A stretch of 23,006 nucleotides of DNA from a virus. Lineage: Duplodnaviria > Heunggongvirae > Uroviricota > Caudoviricetes. The stretch lies in the IMG/VR virus record IMGVR_UViG_2617270967_000008; one strand, given 5' to 3'. The position numbers and the translations under genes were made by a program. This document shows, one piece after another, positions 17,966-23,006 of the stretch. Below the pieces are notes generated by a model. It was given only the letters and a program-made list of their open reading frames with translations. It was not told the origin of the DNA and ran no database searches. The number at the start of each line of letters is the position of its first letter. Position 1 is the first letter of the stretch.

Positions 17966-19015
17966 TTACCCAAGCACGCCAGTTGCAAAGGCGTGATCAA
18001 GAAAACGAAAAATTAAATCAACCTGAGAACCATGCTTTTCTTCGAACGCCAGAGGATCCGCATGAAGCTCGTTGTGATGCTCCCGACACAGCGGTAGCGT
18101 GAAAATATCGTGAGATTTTGTCCCCATTCCGCCCTGACCATGACCAATCAGGTGATGGGGATCGTCGGCTGGCTTACCACAACACGCACACGGCTGTGTC
18201 TTCACCCAGCGTGTGTATTTCTCGTTAACCCAGCGGCGACGTTTAGGTCGTTTCATGAAAGATTCCGGAGACTCAGGATCAACGGCAATGCTGACCACCG
18301 TCTTTTCCTGTGGTGGGTTCTGTTGCTGGTGGGCGTGAGGCAGCGGCGCAAGATTTTTTGTGCGCTGTTTCAGTATGCTGGTGGCGGTCTGCTCTCCCGG
18401 TACGATGTCGCTTTCACGGTACATTGAGCGGATTTTTTCCGCACGCAACCCCAGCGAACGACGTAATACCGCTTCCGGTAGCGCGTCCGCCACCTGATTG
18501 CGGACCGCCCACCAGGATAATTCAGCCAGCGATAATTCCCGCTCCTGTGTGCCATTCATTGCGTGACGAATGACGTCAATCATCCATGCTGACAAGTTTT
18601 GGTGAGCAAGTTGCTCAAGTGATTCGGAGGTCTGGTCACGCAACTGGTTGTCGCAGTGCCAGCACAACACCATTGCGCCGGTACCATAACGGTGAATGAC
18701 GGTTTCGCTGTGATGATAATCGCCGTGTGGCCACTGGCAGGATTTAATATGGCGCAACAGCCAGTCAGACAATGCACCAGCACCACCAGCAGCACGAATC
18801 ACCCGTGCGTTACTGAAAAACGGCAGCAATGTTTTGTCTTCCACCAGCGGCTGGCGAACGGCAGGAACGACCCCGGACGGCAGATTACGCATGCTTTTCG
18901 GTTCCGGCTCCACCAGTACCCGGGTATTGTGGAATACCGGCATGGATTCACGGCCCGGCTTAACGATCACCAGCCCGAGTTCCGGTACCAGAACAGGTCG
19001 AAGTAATACTCGCAC
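17966..19015 (-). CDS. DUF968-type protein (YdfU-like) with C-terminal Cys/His-rich HNH-like motif
   Basis: 349 aa, the same length as K-12 Qin YdfU as I recall; C-terminal CACCGKP...HHLIGHGQGGMGTKSHD...CREHHNELH motif. Confidence 0.6.
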   Translation of the reverse strand: MRVLLRPVLVPELGLVIVKPGRESMPVFHNTRVLVEPEPKSMRNLPSGVVPAVRQPLVEDKTLLPFFSNARVIRAAGGAGALSDWLLRHIKSCQWPHGDYHHSETVIHRYGTGAMVLCWHCDNQLRDQTSESLEQLAHQNLSAWMIDVIRHAMNGTQERELSLAELSWWAVRNQVADALPEAVLRRSLGLRAEKIRSMYRESDIVPGEQTATSILKQRTKNLAPLPHAHQQQNPPQEKTVVSIAVDPESPESFMKRPKRRRWVNEKYTRWVKTQPCACCGKPADDPHHLIGHGQGGMGTKSHDIFTLPLCREHHNELHADPLAFEEKHGSQVDLIFRFLDHAFATGVLG

Positions 19016-19016
19016 G

Positions 19017-19295
19017 TTACCTCCAGATGCGTTGCTGGAATGTGCGGGACGGACGCGGTGAGCGTTCGGAGTAAGGAAGCCTGACGGAGATTATCCAGTG
19101 ACGATAATCGAGGCTGAGGGCTTTCTTAATCTCGTATCCGTGTCTGCGGTAGCACTGAATTAGCCACTCGGCCTGTTCTTCAGTGCATGGGGGATGCTGG
19201 AACCAGTCAGATTTGAAAGTGCGGGAACGCCGCCCGTGCCTGCTGGCAAAGACGGCAGAATCATCAGAATTGTGTAATTTGGTATCGTGCGCCAT
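19017..19295 (-). CDS. Hypothetical ~92-aa protein (position equivalent to rem of Qin; identity unverified)
   Basis: ATG 19295 (MAHDTKLH...) downstream of a terminator and a TTGTTT-N18-TACAAT promoter-like sequence; the upstream ORF-track extension contains the terminator. Confidence 0.35.
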   Translation of the reverse strand: MAHDTKLHNSDDSAVFASRHGRRSRTFKSDWFQHPPCTEEQAEWLIQCYRRHGYEIKKALSLDYRHWIISVRLPYSERSPRPSRTFQQRIWR

Positions 19296-19365
19296 CGGTT
19301 GTCTCTGCTGGCGCAGCAGGTGCCAGTTGTTCAGGCTGGCGTGCGAATTGTAAACCAGAATGCCA

Positions 19366-19394
19366 GGAAAAAACAAAACCCGCCGAAGCGGGTT
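19366..19394 (-). terminator. Rho-independent terminator downstream of hok
   Basis: Minus-strand AACCCGC-uucg-GCGGGUU followed by UUGUUUUUU. Confidence 0.65.
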
Positions 19395-19462
19395 ACGTGC
19401 GGGTGCGTTGAGGATGCCTGACACATCAGAGGTGGCGAGGGGTTTCTCCCTCGCCGGGTCTC

Positions 19463-19618
19463 TTACTCCTCAGGTTCGTAAACTGTGAAGACAGCGACCT
19501 CCGTCTGGCCGGTTCGGATTCGTACCTCGCAGAGGTCTTTCCTCGTTACCAGTGCCGTCACTATGACGGTTAAACAGATGACGATCAGGGCGATTAACAT
19601 CGCCTTTTGCTGCTTCAT
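19463..19618 (-). CDS. hokD: Hok/Gef-family type I toxin (HokD-like, 51 aa)
   Basis: MKQQKAMLIALIVICLTVIVTALVTRKDLCEVRIRTGQTEVAVFTVYEPEE is near-identical to HokD as I recall; AAGGAG RBS; an upstream in-frame ATG gives a mok-like extension. Confidence 0.85.
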   Translation of the reverse strand: MKQQKAMLIALIVICLTVIVTALVTRKDLCEVRIRTGQTEVAVFTVYEPEE

Positions 19619-19909
19619 AGCCTGCTTCTCCTTGCCTTTCGGCACGTAAGAGGCTAACCTAGATTTGCCGTTCATAGATTGAGCCTCAGATTAATGTTAA
19701 GCGTCTTGCAGGACGCGTAATGTTAACTGGGGCTTTTCTCTATCTGCCTTTTGGTATTCATGCCTGAGACAGATAGCCTCAAGCACCCGCAGCAATTCTA
19801 CTTAACTATCCTTTCCCCGCAAATCGTTTTTATCCCCAGCGACAAATCGAATACACCACCAGCGCCACCGCCATTGCGATCCCTACCGTTGTGAATGCCT
19901 CAGGCCAGG

Positions 19910-20254
19910 TCATCGTAAAACATCCTCTGCGCTTATCAGTCCGTTTCGCTTCAGGTAGTCCATCGCCTTACCCGGCAATTTACAGTCCGGCTTCGTTTTC
20001 CTCAGTTGCCAGGTTAACTGCTTTACCAGCATGGTTAACTCGTCGACCAGACGCTGATGTCCCACTGGTTTGTATTCATGCAATTTACCGGCTGGCTCTG
20101 CTGCCAGCGATGCCAGTGCGATTTCCAGAACAGCAATATCCATCTTATATGTGCGGATGATGTCATGGTCGATTGTGCCCGGTATGCACAGTCTCTGTGC
20201 TTCAATAGTCTCCTCTGCGTGAGCTATTAACTGCTCTCTGGTAAAAGTGGTCAT
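19910..20254 (-). CDS. Hypothetical 114-aa protein
   Basis: ORF whose start overlaps the stop of the upstream 130-aa gene (ATGA); no recognised motif. Confidence 0.4.
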   Translation of the reverse strand: MTTFTREQLIAHAEETIEAQRLCIPGTIDHDIIRTYKMDIAVLEIALASLAAEPAGKLHEYKPVGHQRLVDELTMLVKQLTWQLRKTKPDCKLPGKAMDYLKRNGLISAEDVLR

Positions 20255-20643
20255 GCCGCGCTTCCTTCTTGCTTATTAACGATTACACCGTCATATATTT
20301 CATTAAGGTGTCCCCTCAACTCCATGCGCCTTAATGCAGACAACATGTAATCGCATTCAACCTGCTTATTTCCAGTAAATGGCTTATCGTCAGGATCACC
20401 CCAACAGCAATTACCCTTGGGCCACCCATGTACTTTCCGTACTCTTCCGTTAACAACGTGAAGTAATCCCCAGCCAGGTGGTAAATCCTCAATTGAAATA
20501 ATTCCCGGCTCACTAATAAAGAATCTCCAGTCGCCCATGCCAAGAGAGGGATTTTTACGGAAACGCTTTTTTCTATCTGCCAACAAGTCAGCACGAGAAC
20601 ACTTCGCCTCTATCAGGCATGATGCTGAATTTCTGAATCCCAT
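20251..20643 (-). CDS. Hypothetical 130-aa protein (Cys/Trp-rich [14 protein letters not shown] segment)
   Basis: ORF coupled to the 114-aa gene; no recognised family. Confidence 0.4.
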   Translation of the reverse strand: MGFRNSASCLIEAKCSRADLLADRKKRFRKNPSLGMGDWRFFISEPGIISIEDLPPGWGLLHVVNGRVRKVHGWPKGNCCWGDPDDKPFTGNKQVECDYMLSALRRMELRGHLNEIYDGVIVNKQEGSAA

Positions 20644-20669
20644 AGCATCTGGTTGTTCTCCAGTACTGG

Positions 20670-21608
20670 TTACAGCAACAAAGCGGTCATGAAAGCAAAC
20701 CTTGAACCCGTTGCGCTTAAGGAACCTGTAACCAGTTCATCCCATTTTTCGCGAAGCTTTGACGGACTCATGATATTTTTTACCCAGAATGGATCCCGCT
20801 GCGCCCGACCAAACATTTCACAAATTTGTCTGTGAGTTCTGCCATCCAGCATCCGCATTGTGCGCACGTCGTTGGCCCATGCGGTCCAGTTGGGTTCTTT
20901 CGGTCGCGAAATCTCGCCATCATCGCTGGCGGCCTGCTCGTAAAGACTCACGATTCGTCCCCAGATCCACTGCGCACACGCCAAATCTTCCTGGTTGCCC
21001 CACTGGCGTTTTTTTGCACTGAACACAACCGCGTCAGGGTGTCGGGTTAAAAAATCCTGTTCAACCGTCTGCGGGTCCGGTTGCGAAGCTTCCGGACGAG
21101 AAGTGTTTTTATTCTCTGTAGTAATCTCTGTTGTATTCTCTGTAAGATCATCAGGCCATTTTGACCCGATGACATTGAGTCGTTTTGAACCAATGGAACG
21201 TGCCATTTTGGCCCCTTCCATCGTGTCATTCTGACCTGATGGAGCAGCGCATTTTGACCTGATGGATTCGCTCACTTTGCCACCATTTAAAAGCTCGCTC
21301 TCGTAATTAATCGTGTAAAAATTAGTCATATCACGCTTTGATTTATTGAGCTTTTCGCAACGCAAAAGCCCCAGCGTTTTCAGACTTGCAAATGCGCGTT
21401 TTAACGTTGACTCTGACCAGAACGGGAACTGCTCCAGCCATTGTTCTGTTGTGTTATAAATCCAGCGAACACCATCACATTCCATGCCGGAACCGGTATC
21501 TCTCAACCAGTAATGCAACTGCTGCAACACGATGGCTTCGTTCAGACCAATTTTCATCGCCAGCTGCGTGTTTATAACCAGCGGACGTTCAGCAAAAAGG
21601 AGCTTCAT
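20670..21608 (-). CDS. Putative phage replication-initiation / replisome-organizer protein
   Basis: N-terminal HTH-like region (LNEAIVLQQLHYWLRD...STLKRAFASLKTLGLL) and position upstream of the nin-like genes; start at ATG 21608 directly after a G9 tract. Family assignment is tentative. Confidence 0.5.
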   Translation of the reverse strand: MKLLFAERPLVINTQLAMKIGLNEAIVLQQLHYWLRDTGSGMECDGVRWIYNTTEQWLEQFPFWSESTLKRAFASLKTLGLLRCEKLNKSKRDMTNFYTINYESELLNGGKVSESIRSKCAAPSGQNDTMEGAKMARSIGSKRLNVIGSKWPDDLTENTTEITTENKNTSRPEASQPDPQTVEQDFLTRHPDAVVFSAKKRQWGNQEDLACAQWIWGRIVSLYEQAASDDGEISRPKEPNWTAWANDVRTMRMLDGRTHRQICEMFGRAQRDPFWVKNIMSPSKLREKWDELVTGSLSATGSRFAFMTALLL

Positions 21609-21617
21609 CCCCCCCCC
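21609..21617. repeat. Homopolymeric C9 (G9 on coding strand) tract abutting the replication-gene start codon
   Basis: Direct reading: nine consecutive C at 21609-21617; ATG at 21608..21606. Confidence 0.9.
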
Positions 21618-21628
21618 AGAACACGTTA

Positions 21629-21888
21629 TCAATGCGCCACCACGGCATTTCCCGCCGGACCACCACGATTCATCTGATCGAACAACACGATCGCTGCCGC
21701 AACAAACTCATCGATATCTTTCACCAGGCGCTCCCGTCGCTCGACAAGCTCCCGGTGATATTCCGAACTGTGGCTGCGCATTCGGGCCACCAGTGGAGGC
21801 GGCATTGCTTTTTCGATCGCCGGTAACAACGCCTGAATTTTTTTAACCGCATCAGGGGTGTCTTTTTCTACCCAGCGGAAAATTTTCG
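21629..21888 (-). pseudogene. 5'-truncated prophage gene (C-terminal ~66-86 codons) interrupted by the IS66-family insertion
   Basis: Open frame continues upstream of the track start with no stop until it enters the IS end near 21889; the stop overlaps the replication-gene region. Confidence 0.4.
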
Positions 21889-21972
21889 TAAGCGTAAAGC
21901 CAATGCCGTCTGTAACACCTGCTCCTTGCAGACTAAATTAGAGCTCCTTCTAAATTAGACGGAGTTCTATTG

Positions 21973-22407
21973 ATGGATAAACCTACAGACTGGCGCTCCG
22001 GAACCCGCCGGATATTTTCTAATGAATTTAAACTTCATATGGTTGAACTGGCTTCGAAACCAAATGCCAATGTTGCACAACTGGCCCGGGAACATGGCGT
22101 TGATAACAACCTGATTTTTAAATGGCTACGCCTCTGGCAAAGAGAAGGACGTATTTCTCGTAGAATGCCTCCAACTATTGTAGGCCCTACAGTATCACAA
22201 TCTTTTCCGGCCTCTCCGACTCTGGTTCCAGTGGAACTTATCGACACCCCGCGCTGTGCTACAGATGCTCCTGCTCCGGGGGCATTATCAGTTGCTTGTG
22301 CAGCTTCCTGCCATGTGGAATTCCATTACGGTAAAATGATGCTGGAAAATCCTTCACCAGAGCTGCTCACGGTGTTGATCCGTGAGCTGACCGGGAGGGG
22401 ACGATGA
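21973..22407 (+). CDS. tnpA: IS66-family accessory protein TnpA
   Basis: N-terminal ...RRIFSNEFKLHMVELASKPNANVAQLAREHGVDNNLIFKWLRLWQ HTH typical of IS66 orfA; ATG 21973 with GGAG upstream. Confidence 0.85.
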   Translation: MDKPTDWRSGTRRIFSNEFKLHMVELASKPNANVAQLAREHGVDNNLIFKWLRLWQREGRISRRMPPTIVGPTVSQSFPASPTLVPVELIDTPRCATDAPAPGALSVACAASCHVEFHYGKMMLENPSPELLTVLIRELTGRGR

Positions 22408-22754
22408 TTTCACTCCCATCAGGTACCCGTATCTGGCTCGTTGCCGGCGTTACTGATATGCGTAAATCCTTCAACGGTCTGGGGGAGCAGATACAGCATG
22501 TGCTGGATGATAACCCCTTCTCCGGTCACCTGTTTATCTTCCGTGGCCGACGGGGAGACACGATTAAAATCCTGTGGGCTGATGCTGATGGTCTGTGCCT
22601 GTTCACCAAACGCCTTGAGGAAGGTCAGTTTATCTGGCCTGCGGTGCGTGACGGTAAGATATCCATTACCCGCTCGCAACTGGCAATGCTCCTCGATAAG
22701 CTGGACTGGCGTCAGCCAAAAACATCCCGCCTTAACGCACTGACAATGTTGTAA
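22404..22754 (+). CDS. tnpB: IS66-family TnpB
   Basis: 116 aa, MISLPSGTRIWLVAGVTDMRKSFNGL...LFIFRGRRGDTIKILWADADGLCLFTKRLEEGQFIWP, characteristic IS66 orfB; overlaps the tnpA stop. Confidence 0.9.
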   Translation: MISLPSGTRIWLVAGVTDMRKSFNGLGEQIQHVLDDNPFSGHLFIFRGRRGDTIKILWADADGLCLFTKRLEEGQFIWPAVRDGKISITRSQLAMLLDKLDWRQPKTSRLNALTML

Positions 22755-22784
22755 AAAACGCCGGGCCGGATTATAAAAACGGCC

Positions 22785-23006
22785 ATGAGTCAGAAATACC
22801 TCATTCGCATCGCTGAGCTGGAAAGGCTGCTCTCTGAGCAGGCTGAAGCCCTCCGTCAGAAAGACCAGCAACTGAGTCTGGTTGAAGAGACGGAGGCCTT
22901 CCTGCGCTCTGCACTGGCACGTGCCGAAGAAAAGATCGAAGAAGATGAGCGAGAAATAGAGCATCTGCGGGCTCAGATAGAAAAACTGCGCCGGATGCTG
23001 TTCGGA
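22785..23006 (+). CDS. tnpC: IS66-family transposase TnpC, N-terminal 74 codons (3' end beyond window)
   Basis: Own translation MSQKYLIRIAELERLLSEQAEALRQKDQQLSLVEETEAFLRSALARAEEKIEEDEREIEHLRAQIEKLRRMLFG: the coiled-coil N-terminus typical of IS66 transposases. Confidence 0.8.
   Translation, partial: MSQKYLIRIAELERLLSEQAEALRQKDQQLSLVEETEAFLRSALARAEEKIEEDEREIEHLRAQIEKLRRMLFG

Larger units (their letters stand above)
21889..23006 (+). mobile_element. IS66-family insertion sequence, left part (IRL ~21889 beginning GTAAGCG; tnpA, tnpB, 5' part of tnpC); continues past the window
   Basis: Canonical IS66 three-ORF organisation with ATGA-overlapping tnpA/tnpB; exact IRL boundary uncertain (21889 versus ~21914). 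Confidence 0.8.

Noticed and set aside
22419-22964. Minus-strand 181-aa ORF
   Set aside because: Antisense to IS66 tnpB/tnpC, which have strong family signatures; no independent support.

Overview
This window is the late/right half of a lambda-like (lambdoid) prophage of an enterobacterium, read in reverse orientation, so almost every gene is on the minus strand. All identifications are from reading the translations and DNA by eye and from memory of lambda and E. coli K-12 prophage proteins; nothing was database-searched. From high to low coordinates: an IS66-family insertion (tnpA, tnpB, partial tnpC) truncates a prophage gene; then a putative replication gene, small unknown genes, a hok-type toxin, a DUF968 protein, RusA and antiterminator Q with a lambda-like pR'/tR' module. 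The late-operon cargo interval holds a small winged-helix gene, an AraC-family regulator with its own promoter, three tRNAs (Ile-CAU, Arg-UCG-like, Arg-UCU), a TerB-domain gene coupled to a 2-TM peptide, and a nanS-p-like esterase; there is no Shiga toxin gene. The lysis cassette (dual-start pinholin, SAR endolysin, Rz/Rz1) has a two-gene insertion between holin and endolysin. A TonB-C-domain lipoprotein sits where lambda carries bor, followed by cos, then Nu1, A and W. The morphogenesis region is deleted: a portal N-terminal fragment is fused to unrelated sequence, only the C-terminal half of M remains, L and K are present, and an in-frame chimera joins the N-terminus of tail protein I to the C-terminus of Lom (I body, J and the lom 5' end are missing). 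A collagen-like side tail fibre built from 45-bp tandem repeats ends the window. The prophage is therefore cryptic. The strongest candidates for undescribed functions are the holin-endolysin insertion, the TerB plus peptide module, and the TonB-C lipoprotein with its operator-like palindrome.
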